Positions 27,014-35,975 of a DNA stretch of 41,070 bases are shown piece by piece (position 1 is the stretch's first letter; every line of letters starts with the position of its first letter). The position numbers were made by a program, and so were the translations under genes. The notes beneath the pieces were generated by a model. That model was not told the origin of the DNA. It saw only the letters and a list, made by a program, of their open reading frames with translations, and made no database searches. Where the stretch lies: assembly GCA_021162815.1 (NCBI GenBank), contig JAGGXW010000063.1, forward strand, positions 1 to 41,070, read 5' to 3'. The stretch comes from Thermoplasmata archaeon. GTDB lineage: Archaea > Thermoplasmatota > E2 > UBA202 > JdFR-43.

Positions 27014-27663
27014 TATTTGCTAAAGAAAATATCTGTGGTTTTATCTATTTTATCCTTTCTTGCGAGGATAGTAACAAGATCATTCTCCTTGAACCTTGTT
27101 TCCTCTGATGGGATGATTACCTCTCCATTCCTCTCTATTGCTATTATTGATACCTTGCTGGGTATCTTTATCTCTGATATTTTCTTTCCAACAACTTTTG
27201 AGTCGGGAGGCACTGTTATCTTGAATATCTCCGCTTTATCTCCCAAGCTCATAAAATCAACAACTGTGGGATGCCTTATTGCCCTGTAAAGATATCTGGC
27301 AGTTATTGCACTTGGGTTTCCAACAACATTAACACCCTTTTCCTGAAACATTGGCCTGCTTTCCTCTTTCCTCACCAGTGCTACAAGTGATTTCACTCCC
27401 AGAGTTTTTGCAAGAGAGATAACCATCAGATTTGTGGCATCATCTGCAGTTGCAATAAGTGCATCCGCTTTATCCACGCCCGCCTCCTCCAGTGTTTCCT
27501 TTATCGTTGCATCTGCATTTATAACAACAGCATCATACTTCTTGGCAATTTCATCACATTTTTCTTTATCCTTCTCGATTATGACCACATCGTCCTTATT
27601 TTCCAGGGCGAGGGCAGCAAGTTTGCTTCCTATTTCTCCCGCCCCCACTATTACTATGTACAT
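27013..27663 (-). CDS. trkA: Trk/Ktr potassium uptake NAD-binding (RCK) subunit
   Basis: MYIVIVGAGEIGSKLA Rossmann motif (RCK_N) and a C-terminal RCK_C domain (ISEIKIPSKVSIIAIERNGEVIIP...NDLVTILA). Confidence 0.85.
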   Translation of the reverse strand: MYIVIVGAGEIGSKLAALALENKDDVVIIEKDKEKCDEIAKKYDAVVINADATIKETLEEAGVDKADALIATADDATNLMVISLAKTLGVKSLVALVRKEESRPMFQEKGVNVVGNPSAITARYLYRAIRHPTVVDFMSLGDKAEIFKITVPPDSKVVGKKISEIKIPSKVSIIAIERNGEVIIPSEETRFKENDLVTILARKDKIDKTTDIFFSK

Positions 27664-27711
27664 TTTACCACGATGGCAAGATAATTTTAAGGAACTTATT
27701 AAATTTTTCTC

Positions 27712-28722
27712 TCATGGTGTGATTCTCTTTATTCTAACATACTCAATCTCCTTGTCAATCACTGCAAAAACCATATCCTTTTTAACAGAATGTGCCAGTC
27801 TTATGGCCCTGCTTATCTCTGCCCATGCTGCTCTGTACCTGCCATCAACAACATGCACGAGATAGGGAGCATGTGTTTTTTCTGGTGAAACATCATAAAC
27901 CCTGAAATGAGAACCAAACTTGAATCCCGTTTTTGGAATTAATTTTCTCTCCCTTAGCTCCTTATATATTCTATATCTTCTCTCTATATCTGGCTGAATA
28001 TCTTTTGCATATCTCATAAATGTTTTGATGCTAATTTTTCTTCCATTTCTTATTATGCTTGCACCTCTCTCCGCAACATAAGCAGTTTCCATGAGGGAGA
28101 GCTGCATGAAATTTCCCACAATCTTTCCTATAAACCTTTCAGAAAGCTTTTTTATTAACTCTTCATCCCACACAGCGCATCTATCATTCAACACATATAC
28201 TTTCCCCTCATATTCGTTTTCCTCAAATTTTCCCTTCATTACATATCTCTTTATGAAATAATATGTTATATCTCCCTCCTCATCCACTATTCCTGCTATA
28301 ACCCTCATTTTGCCAGCATTATCAAGCATGTTCAATATCTCTTCCATCGAAAATTCAGCCCTCTCTGATATAGCATATACAAGGCTTGTTGGCTTTTCAG
28401 GTGGTCTTGTGCCTCTTTCATACATCTGGAATGGTTCTGTGGCGAGAATAACATAGCCCCTCTCTCTCAGATCCCTGTAAACAAAATATTTTATCTCAAA
28501 GTTTTTTTCTTTTTCAATTGAATAATTCATCAGGGAACGGAAATCCATCTTTTTATTGTTTCTGTACACACTTATTCTTCCTTTCTCAGCCAGATAACAG
28601 GCTTCTATCATGCACAGTTTTAATTCTCCATCTTGCACGCCATATGCCCCTTTATTATGCAGCCTATTTGCTTCATTACCTCTCAATGATACATGATTTT
28701 CATATAATGTTGCTTTTACCAT
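27712..28722 (-). CDS. endA: tRNA-splicing endonuclease, two-repeat (homodimeric) form
   Basis: 336 aa with two tandem EndA repeats. The first is degenerate (KYFVYRDLRERGYV). The second is catalytic (RYRIYKELRERKLIPKTGFKFGSHFRVYD...HAPYLVHVV). Confidence 0.85.
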   Translation of the reverse strand: MVKATLYENHVSLRGNEANRLHNKGAYGVQDGELKLCMIEACYLAEKGRISVYRNNKKMDFRSLMNYSIEKEKNFEIKYFVYRDLRERGYVILATEPFQMYERGTRPPEKPTSLVYAISERAEFSMEEILNMLDNAGKMRVIAGIVDEEGDITYYFIKRYVMKGKFEENEYEGKVYVLNDRCAVWDEELIKKLSERFIGKIVGNFMQLSLMETAYVAERGASIIRNGRKISIKTFMRYAKDIQPDIERRYRIYKELRERKLIPKTGFKFGSHFRVYDVSPEKTHAPYLVHVVDGRYRAAWAEISRAIRLAHSVKKDMVFAVIDKEIEYVRIKRITP

Positions 28723-29534
28723 TTTTTCTCAATGTATTTTATTATTCCCTCAAAAACTTCTCTTCCATCTCCTCTCTTCCATTCCATATTCTGCCATTTG
28801 TGAAACGCCCTTTCTGGATGAGGCATCATTCCAAGAACATTTCCTTCAGGATTGCTTATTCCCGCTATATTATTATAACTCCCATTTGGGTTCCATGGGT
28901 AGGAAGCAAGATTGCCATTATAATCAACATATCTGAATACAGCGTATTTATCCGCCTCAGCAGCGTATTCCTCATTCCTGAATATTAGCTTTCCTTCAGC
29001 ATGAGCGCTTGGAATCATTGAGATTTTGCCAACAGGAATATTCTCCGTCAATTTACTATTGCCCTCATGCTCCACCAGAGTCTGCCTGCACTCAAATCTA
29101 TTGGAATCATTTGCAGCCAGTGCTGCTTCAGGCTCATCACTTATGCCGTTCAATGCCGGAAGAACACCAAGCTCTATTAAAACCTGAAAACCATTGCATA
29201 TCCCAACCACAGGATGGCCTTCCTCAATATATTTTATTAAATCCTTCATTACTGCCGCCTTCAGCCTTGCGGCAAATATGGCGCCTGCCCTGATGTAATC
29301 GCCTGCGGAAAATCCACCGGGAATGAATATGCCATGAAAATCAAATATGTTTGTTTTGCCTGCTTCCAGTTTTTTTAGATGAACATACTCGGGCTGCACT
29401 CCCATTTCCCTGAAGGCATAATAGCTTTCCTTCTCACAGTTAGTTCCTTCCATCTGAAGCAGTGCTATTCTTATATCATTTCTTTCCACAAAGGTAATTC
29501 CAACAGCATATAAAATTCTAATTGATTTACTCAA
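28716..29534 (-). CDS. purQ: Phosphoribosylformylglycinamidine synthase, glutaminase subunit
   Basis: GGFSAGDY, the nucleophile context VVGICNGFQVL and MMPHPER. The start is uncertain: TTG 29534 in the track; GTG 29489 gives the more typical N-terminus. Confidence 0.85.
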   Translation of the reverse strand: MSKSIRILYAVGITFVERNDIRIALLQMEGTNCEKESYYAFREMGVQPEYVHLKKLEAGKTNIFDFHGIFIPGGFSAGDYIRAGAIFAARLKAAVMKDLIKYIEEGHPVVGICNGFQVLIELGVLPALNGISDEPEAALAANDSNRFECRQTLVEHEGNSKLTENIPVGKISMIPSAHAEGKLIFRNEEYAAEADKYAVFRYVDYNGNLASYPWNPNGSYNNIAGISNPEGNVLGMMPHPERAFHKWQNMEWKRGDGREVFEGIIKYIEKKW

Positions 29535-31042
29535 TAAAACATGTCATCAATTCTATCCTTCTTTATGGCATTGCTTTTTAAATTTTTTATGAAATCGTCA
29601 TACCAGAATACCTTCAATGGGATAGCAAATGGCGCTCCTGGATAGGTGAGTATCGCCTCCCCCCTTTCCAGACTCTGTATCTCCATATCCATCTTTGATA
29701 TATCCTGTTTTGAAGAGCTTTTTAGCGTATTTCTATCATTTTCATCAGACAACCCCATTATGAAAAATGTATTGAACTGGCTAAGTATCTCAGGCCTTAT
29801 CAATCGTGGTTGCTGAGTTATTGCACACAATCCAACCTTAAATTTTCTTCCTTCTCTTGCAATTTGAGCAAATATGCCCTCATTTATTACCCTCTGAGCC
29901 TCCTCGACTGTTATCATAATTGGAGGAATCTTCCTGAATTTTTCCTTATCCCTGAAGATATTTTTATTTCTGTTCAATATTTTTCTCGCAAGTATCACAC
30001 TTATCAGCAGTTCTTCATATTCATACAGACCAGAAGTTTCAACAAGCACCATCTTTCCTGAATGAAGGTGATTTATTATGACATCTGTTGTGGATACAAC
30101 TTCATCATCATGAATCAAGCTGGATGATGAGATTCTTTCCGCTCTTCTCTTAAGTACAGAAAATGTCACCTCATGTATTCTGTTATCAAATTCATAGACG
30201 AGTTCATCCACATCCCTTTCAATCAATTCTTTAAGCCAGCTCTTTCCATATTTTCCATACATGGCATAAAGCGCATCCCTCTGAGCTTCGCTGAAATTAA
30301 AAATTTCTTCCATATCCTGAACGGCTATTTCCTCCTTTGATATGCTGAGGGTATTGGTGCCTTTTACAGGGTAGGGAGTATAAACAACCATCCTTTCCTC
30401 CGCCATTGGATGGTGCTTCAATCCTAAGCCTTCACCCCCCTCATAATACTCTCCATGAGGGTCTATGATGAGAATCCCATATCTCCCACTTTTCATTGCA
30501 CTTGCCGCCATAACACGCATCAAATTGCTTTTCCCCATTCCGGTGGTTGCAAATATTCCTATATGCTGGGGGATGAGTCCTCCTTTTATACCAATTTCCA
30601 CATTTATCGCCTTATCCCCGCTTCTCAATTTACCAACAATGATATCTCCCGTCTCCTTTCTTAAAAATTCATAATCCTCCTCTCTTGCCCTTCTAACAGC
30701 AGAAAAATGAGATGGAATTGTCTTCGGTTTTTTGAATGCCCCCTCCTCAACATAACCGAGGGGTTTGCACACTGCCAGCTTATACAGCCTTCTCTTCCTC
30801 TCCACAAACTCATATTTATGCCCTGCCTCATCAAGCGCCATCATCTCTCCGGCAGCCCGCAGCCCCCAGCTTTCTGCACCTTCATAGCCATAATGAATGT
30901 CTATAACACGGAGAAAGAAGATATTGCGGGTTCTTGCATCCTCCGCCACAAGTATCTCTCCTATTTTTACATCATCATCATATCCATAACGGAATATTAT
31001 TTCCCCTGCATTTTTGCCTATTATTCTTCCTATCATTATCAC
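29531..31042 (-). CDS. herA: HerA-family (FtsK/HerA superfamily, DUF87) hexameric ATPase/helicase
   Basis: N-terminal HAS-barrel-like region (GRIIGKNAGEIIF...IGEILVAEDA...FLRVIDI). Walker A GIFATTGMGKSN. Walker B-like PIMITVEEAQ. C-terminal LERGEAILTYPG. 503 aa. ATGA overlap with the nurA stop. Confidence 0.8.
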   Translation of the reverse strand: MIMIGRIIGKNAGEIIFRYGYDDDVKIGEILVAEDARTRNIFFLRVIDIHYGYEGAESWGLRAAGEMMALDEAGHKYEFVERKRRLYKLAVCKPLGYVEEGAFKKPKTIPSHFSAVRRAREEDYEFLRKETGDIIVGKLRSGDKAINVEIGIKGGLIPQHIGIFATTGMGKSNLMRVMAASAMKSGRYGILIIDPHGEYYEGGEGLGLKHHPMAEERMVVYTPYPVKGTNTLSISKEEIAVQDMEEIFNFSEAQRDALYAMYGKYGKSWLKELIERDVDELVYEFDNRIHEVTFSVLKRRAERISSSSLIHDDEVVSTTDVIINHLHSGKMVLVETSGLYEYEELLISVILARKILNRNKNIFRDKEKFRKIPPIMITVEEAQRVINEGIFAQIAREGRKFKVGLCAITQQPRLIRPEILSQFNTFFIMGLSDENDRNTLKSSSKQDISKMDMEIQSLERGEAILTYPGAPFAIPLKVFWYDDFIKNLKSNAIKKDRIDDMFY

Positions 31043-31815
31043 TCCTCCAGATAGAAATGGTAATCGTAAAATAAATCCTCCCAGTCCTCAATGCTCATGT
31101 ATTTCATTGCTCTCTTCATCATATCCTGCCTTATATAATTAGCCTCATCTCTCTTTATCTCCACCATTCTGTGAGCCATTGCCAGAGGATAAGGATATCC
31201 AATGTTTGTTATGTCATTGCAGTATGGAGCAATATATGAAAAAATATTCTCGTTGCATGTATCAACTCTGAAGACAAATTTTGATGATGGATGAAATTTC
31301 ACAGCATACACATTTTCCTCTATTCTGTAATACCATCTTTTATTCCTCATCATCCTTTCTCCTGCTCTTTTTATTGCATGAAATAAAGGAATTCCTTCCC
31401 GCTTAATAGAACTTTTTTTGCTTATTCCCGCAACATTTTCAGTACATTCATCTATTCTTCCATCAAAAAGGGTTATTGCATCTTCAAACACAAATTCTCT
31501 CTCTTTTTCCATCATCAACTTTTCCACAATGCTTTCATCCTCAACAATTTCTATATTACTTTCCACATGTTTTTCAATAATTTTATTTTTCTCTGCAACA
31601 ACATAACCCACTCTTATCAAAAATATATGGAAAGAGCCTCCATCGAGTAATTTAAAAAAACTTCCATCCACAGCTGCAATTTTTTTGCAGCAATTTTCAT
31701 CAAATTCTTTAAAGTCTGATAAATTAAAATCGATATTCAAATCTACAACTTGCCTGAGGTATTTTAATGCGTTCTCCAGGCCGGCTATCTCATCATTCAT
31801 CCAGTTCGTATTCAA
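31039..31815 (-). CDS. nurA: NurA-family nuclease (short, 258 aa)
   Basis: IAAVDGSF (catalytic Asp context), ITLFDGRI, GISKKSSIK and IGYPYPLAMAH (C-terminal catalytic His context) follow the NurA motif order. It lies immediately upstream of, and overlapping, herA. Confidence 0.7.
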   Translation of the reverse strand: MNTNWMNDEIAGLENALKYLRQVVDLNIDFNLSDFKEFDENCCKKIAAVDGSFFKLLDGGSFHIFLIRVGYVVAEKNKIIEKHVESNIEIVEDESIVEKLMMEKEREFVFEDAITLFDGRIDECTENVAGISKKSSIKREGIPLFHAIKRAGERMMRNKRWYYRIEENVYAVKFHPSSKFVFRVDTCNENIFSYIAPYCNDITNIGYPYPLAMAHRMVEIKRDEANYIRQDMMKRAMKYMSIEDWEDLFYDYHFYLEE

Positions 31816-31984
31816 GCACTATGTTACCTTGTTCATCAACAAGTCTTCTTATTCTGCCTTTCTTGTAGATTACCATATCCTCCCCAAAGGTATCAACTTC
31901 TACCCATCCCCTCATACTATTATTAATATGCCCGGCTTTAAATAAATTATTGTTTTTTTCAATACCGCCTTCTTTTCCTTGCAT
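31793..31984 (-). CDS. Small (63-aa) hypothetical protein preceding nurA
   Basis: ATG 31984 is preceded by GGAGGTGA. The sequence is MQGKEGGIEKNNNLFKAGHINNSMRGWVEVDTFGEDMVIYKKGRIRRLVDEQGNIVLEYELDE. No known motif. Its 3' end overlaps the nurA start. Confidence 0.5.
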   Translation of the reverse strand: MQGKEGGIEKNNNLFKAGHINNSMRGWVEVDTFGEDMVIYKKGRIRRLVDEQGNIVLEYELDE

Positions 31985-32002
31985 CAATCACCTCCTCTGT
32001 GT

Positions 32003-32530
32003 CTATTCTTCAAGAATAATGGCATAATATCCATCACCATTAAACACCAATTCCATTAAAAATTTTTCTTTGCCCCCTCCATAAATTATGTATCCGCTAT
32101 CTGTAATTTTGAATGCATCTCCTTCAATAACTCCCTTTCTGAATCCAAAGTCTTCGATCCATATTACATTCTTGCTTCTTCCATGAATTTTATATATTAT
32201 GCAATGCCCATCATTTATTATATTGTCTGCATCATCGGGAGAGCAACCAAAGGCAACATATTCAACAGATGAGGGAAGATAAAAAGAGAATTCTCTTCTA
32301 TCACCTATTACCTCTCTTGGGTTATTTAAATCCCTAACTTTTCCCTCCTTTTTCATTTCTTCAAGCTTTGATAAAATTTTTTGACATATATTCTCTACAT
32401 GTTTTTCATCTGCTATTTTCATTGCATTCTCGTATGCAATGAAAGATACAGCAGAAATAGCAGCAATCATTGTAACACTGATTAAGATTCTTATGGGAAT
32501 AAATGCCTCTCCTCTATTATCCTCCATCAT
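32003..32530 (-). CDS. Type IV pilin-like (class III signal peptide) protein, unknown function
   Basis: N-terminus MMEDNRG|EAFIPIRILISVTMIAAISAVSFIAY, a short charged leader ending in G followed by a hydrophobic helix. 175 aa. ATGA overlap with the upstream gene. Confidence 0.65.
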   Translation of the reverse strand: MMEDNRGEAFIPIRILISVTMIAAISAVSFIAYENAMKIADEKHVENICQKILSKLEEMKKEGKVRDLNNPREVIGDRREFSFYLPSSVEYVAFGCSPDDADNIINDGHCIIYKIHGRSKNVIWIEDFGFRKGVIEGDAFKITDSGYIIYGGGKEKFLMELVFNGDGYYAIILEE

Positions 32531-33159
32531 TTTTTACTCTTAAGCCCATATGCTAAAATTAATGCGGCAGCTATAGATGTCATTTCAAAAGCAGGGATAT
32601 CCTTTCCATTATTGGTATTACTATCCTCGCCATTATAATTCCCTTCCCATTCTTCAGGTAAAATATATGCTGCAATCACAGTATAATCTACATTTATATA
32701 GTCAAATCTATCATAGCGTGGAAGAAATTTTGTAAATTGGCAAAAGATGTTGAGGGGAGATATGCCATCTGTCCATTTTCCAGAAGGTCTTACTGTCCAT
32801 ACAAAGGTGTGTTTCTGACCCGCTGTTACATTTTTAAACACTAAATCTTCTTTAATTTTTGAAGGACCTTCTATAGCTTCGTAAGCATTAGAAATGTGGT
32901 ACAGCTTTACAATCATCTCTTCGCAGTCTTTCTTCACATACACAGTTACTTTAACCTGAAATGGTTGATGAACTTTTAGATTAGCATGAACTGTCGTATT
33001 TTCCCATTCGCCCCAATTTCCATCCTTATCCATAAAACGTACCCACGATTCAACTTTCCCATATTCACATTCATCCGCATCATCAGCTGTAACCAAATTC
33101 GGTACCAAAAGGGCTACTAATAAACCCGTCACAAAAACCCATTTTTTTATTATATCCAT
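32527..33159 (-). CDS. Sec-secreted surface protein with a PGF-CTERM-like (P-A-F) C-terminal sorting signal
   Basis: Signal peptide MDIIKKWVFVTGLLVALLVPNLVTA. C-terminus IPAFEMTSIAAALILAYGLKSKK parallels TPGFELIGMAVALLTAIVIAARRRK of the 328..3831 protein. Confidence 0.65.
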   Translation of the reverse strand: MDIIKKWVFVTGLLVALLVPNLVTADDADECEYGKVESWVRFMDKDGNWGEWENTTVHANLKVHQPFQVKVTVYVKKDCEEMIVKLYHISNAYEAIEGPSKIKEDLVFKNVTAGQKHTFVWTVRPSGKWTDGISPLNIFCQFTKFLPRYDRFDYINVDYTVIAAYILPEEWEGNYNGEDSNTNNGKDIPAFEMTSIAAALILAYGLKSKK

Positions 33160-33173
33160 TTATATCACCTCCT

Positions 33174-35972
33174 TTAGGGATTTTTTTCTTCAGGGTTAAT
33201 AGCCATATCTCCCACACCTGTACTACCTGGGGGAACAATGCCAATAGACAGTGTTTGAATACCAAATGAGAGAGGGGTACAATTCCCTATCTCAATTTCA
33301 TTTTGTGATTCATCTTTAATTCCTTCTATCATTTTCAATTGGTATATTTGACCAGTATGCCCAAAAAGTTCATTTGGTATGGCTTCATCAGATGCATCAA
33401 CAACCTTAAATATTTCCCAAGTGCCATTTATTTCTATATACCATACATTCAATGTAGCAACCCATGGGGTTGCAGGTGTTGGAAGAACCGGGAAACCAAA
33501 TGGGCCAAAAACACAAATATTCTTAACAGAAAATTTCCATTTCTCCTTTTTATTCTCAAGTTGCTTGTAATCAAAATATGCGGGATTTGCTGAAATAGCT
33601 ATAGTTATATTTTCTCTCCATTTTCCATCCAAGATAATATTATTTCCAAATTGAATTGTAGTTAATGATGAAACAAACCCCATATAATTTTGCATATTAT
33701 TTTTTATCTTGGCGTAATTTATATTTCCTGAATAGCCCTTTATTTTATCGTTCACATTTTTTTCAAGATCATTGTTTTTTACTTTCTTCAAATTTAATTC
33801 AATTTCATTTAAAAACCATAAGCGAATATCATAAATAACCTTACTTGCCGCGCTATGAAACATATTATTTTGGATATATTTATCGCTTTCAAGATAGTAG
33901 TTCTTTCTTGCTTCAAATTTTTTTATTAATATATCTGCATCTCTAGAGATTTCATCAAGCAAACCAATCCCATTTATGCCCTCACCATATTTTTCTTTAT
34001 ATTTATCATCTATTTCCTTATCATAATATTTGCTATCAACATCTTCTTTTATCTTCTCTATAATGTCCTCTAACTCCTTTACCACTTTTCCATTTCTGCC
34101 AAGTAACCAATCTATTGCATATCCCCTTATATCTATATTTATATCTGATTTGTCGCAACACTCACTCATACTATTATTCATCCAAAAACAAGAATATTTT
34201 GAGTAGTCTTTATTTTCTGGTGGTAAATTTAGTTCAGAATCTCTAGCATCTATGAAAAAATTATCAATGTATTTTATTAGCATATACTCCAAATTATCGT
34301 CTCTATACCCCTCATAATAACAAGATGTAAACACATTCGAGATATCTGGATGAGATGGAGTTGCATATAGTGTAAATTCACATTTTTCCTCAACATAATG
34401 AGTTACACCATATTTTCTCCATTCATATATCGGTTTTCCTTCATCATCTTCCCCAACTTTTTCCAAATGTAGCCATAACTCCTCCCTTCTCCATTTTGAT
34501 TTCCATCTTTCTATATGAGGTAACCCATCAGGTAAATTGCCCATACTAAGCTTATCTCCCTCCTCTAAAGACAATTCGATTCTATTCCATTCATCTGCAC
34601 TTTCCATTTTCCACTTTGGTGAAGAAACGTGCACATCATACCATTCATTTGTTATTACCCTTTTTATCCCTGTTCTAAAATATGCACTATAAACATCTTT
34701 AGTTTCTTCTGATATTTTATTCAAAACTTTGTTGTTTATATTTGTTTCATCCCATCTTTCTTCTATATTGTTTATATCCTTGTTATTATTATACTTGGGC
34801 ATATATAAAATATCCTTTGCAACTTTTAAAATCGTTTCCTTTCCCTCATCATTTTTATTTAATTGTTCGTAAAATCTGTTCTTTATCTCATCGGAGTCAG
34901 GATTTCTGATATCAGTCAACGTGGACTCAGATTGAGTAAATTTAAAATCTATCTGGCTACCAATATCCTTCAATGTAGGGGGAACTAATGATTCAATCCC
35001 TTTATTGGCTATCAAATCTTTAGCATTTATAGCAAGATACGCCATACTCACTGGATCAATACTATTATACACCAAATATTCAACAAGAAAAAGGGCCATA
35101 TTTATAACATACTGTAACCAAGAATTAGCAACTATATTTGTTATATCACCCCCACCATATTTCATCAGGGCTCTTGCCTCAGTATAGCCCATACTGACAG
35201 CAGTTGCAATACCATTCAAAGGAGAAAGTACCCCATTTATACTTTTATTATAAAAATTCGTCAATTCCATAAGAAATGGCAATCTAGAGGGTATAAGAGT
35301 TCTTAACTCTATTTCTTTTATGAAATGAGTGCCCGTTCTTACATTTGTGATATCTATTTTTAAACTTTTTATCCGGGCCTCCCAATATTCTGTGTATTCA
35401 ACATTTTTATCGCCAATAAGCCAGCTGAAATCGATTGTTCTTTTGATTTTTGCTTTCACTGGGATTAGTTCTACCATTTTCCAATTACCTACTGCATCAC
35501 CTTTATCGTTTAACACCACATTAATGGCATATTCTCCATTAGAGTACCTATTATTAAAAAATGTATTGACCAAATATTCATTAAATTTATATTTAATCAA
35601 ACTTCTTGCCCAATTCTTGTTAAATTCCATAATTTCGTCTAAAGTATCTATCTTGTTATCTTTGCTTTTTGAAAATTTTTCCGCCTCTTTGATATACTCT
35701 TCTGCCCCTGGATAATAATTTATACTGCTTTGTGTCACAGGACTTTTTCCCACAATACTAAAAGCATAAATACCTGCATAAGCCAATTCTCTTTTCATAT
35801 CTGCCTCAGCCGCTTGAATAAAGTGCTTTAGATTATCAGAGGCATCAGGAAAAATATTATCTGCTAATTCATGCTGAGTAACAATTACAAAATTTGTTGT
35901 TATGGCGCTTCCAATCATAATTATTGCCCCTATTACCGAAAATGGGACCCTACCATTTACATCTTTAAACAA
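33174..35972 (-). CDS. Giant (932-aa) pilin-like-leader protein, unknown function
   Basis: TTG start 35972 is preceded by GGAGGGG at suitable spacing. N-terminus MFKDVNG|RVPFSVIGAIIMIGSAITTNFVIV. The rest has no motif I recognise and is very Lys/Asn/Ile/Glu-rich. Confidence 0.7.
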   Translation of the reverse strand: MFKDVNGRVPFSVIGAIIMIGSAITTNFVIVTQHELADNIFPDASDNLKHFIQAAEADMKRELAYAGIYAFSIVGKSPVTQSSINYYPGAEEYIKEAEKFSKSKDNKIDTLDEIMEFNKNWARSLIKYKFNEYLVNTFFNNRYSNGEYAINVVLNDKGDAVGNWKMVELIPVKAKIKRTIDFSWLIGDKNVEYTEYWEARIKSLKIDITNVRTGTHFIKEIELRTLIPSRLPFLMELTNFYNKSINGVLSPLNGIATAVSMGYTEARALMKYGGGDITNIVANSWLQYVINMALFLVEYLVYNSIDPVSMAYLAINAKDLIANKGIESLVPPTLKDIGSQIDFKFTQSESTLTDIRNPDSDEIKNRFYEQLNKNDEGKETILKVAKDILYMPKYNNNKDINNIEERWDETNINNKVLNKISEETKDVYSAYFRTGIKRVITNEWYDVHVSSPKWKMESADEWNRIELSLEEGDKLSMGNLPDGLPHIERWKSKWRREELWLHLEKVGEDDEGKPIYEWRKYGVTHYVEEKCEFTLYATPSHPDISNVFTSCYYEGYRDDNLEYMLIKYIDNFFIDARDSELNLPPENKDYSKYSCFWMNNSMSECCDKSDINIDIRGYAIDWLLGRNGKVVKELEDIIEKIKEDVDSKYYDKEIDDKYKEKYGEGINGIGLLDEISRDADILIKKFEARKNYYLESDKYIQNNMFHSAASKVIYDIRLWFLNEIELNLKKVKNNDLEKNVNDKIKGYSGNINYAKIKNNMQNYMGFVSSLTTIQFGNNIILDGKWRENITIAISANPAYFDYKQLENKKEKWKFSVKNICVFGPFGFPVLPTPATPWVATLNVWYIEINGTWEIFKVVDASDEAIPNELFGHTGQIYQLKMIEGIKDESQNEIEIGNCTPLSFGIQTLSIGIVPPGSTGVGDMAINPEEKNP

Positions 35973-35975
35973 CCC

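Noticed and set aside
27712-29534. Stop/start overlaps linking herA to purQ and endA, taken as evidence of functional coupling.
   Set aside because: The purQ start is ambiguous (TTG 29534 or GTG 29489). The functions are unrelated (purine synthesis, tRNA splicing). This is best explained by genome compaction, and it is used as a caveat for the HerA-pilin hypothesis.
29531-31815. herA-nurA as part of the classical mre11-rad50-herA-nurA operon, or as a HerA-based anti-phage defence pair.
   Set aside because: No Mre11 or Rad50 genes lie in the window. The defence-type HerA partners (SIR2, DUF4297-type nucleases) are not present, and the partner here has canonical NurA motifs. Neither idea can be excluded without genome-wide data, so only the context observation is reported.
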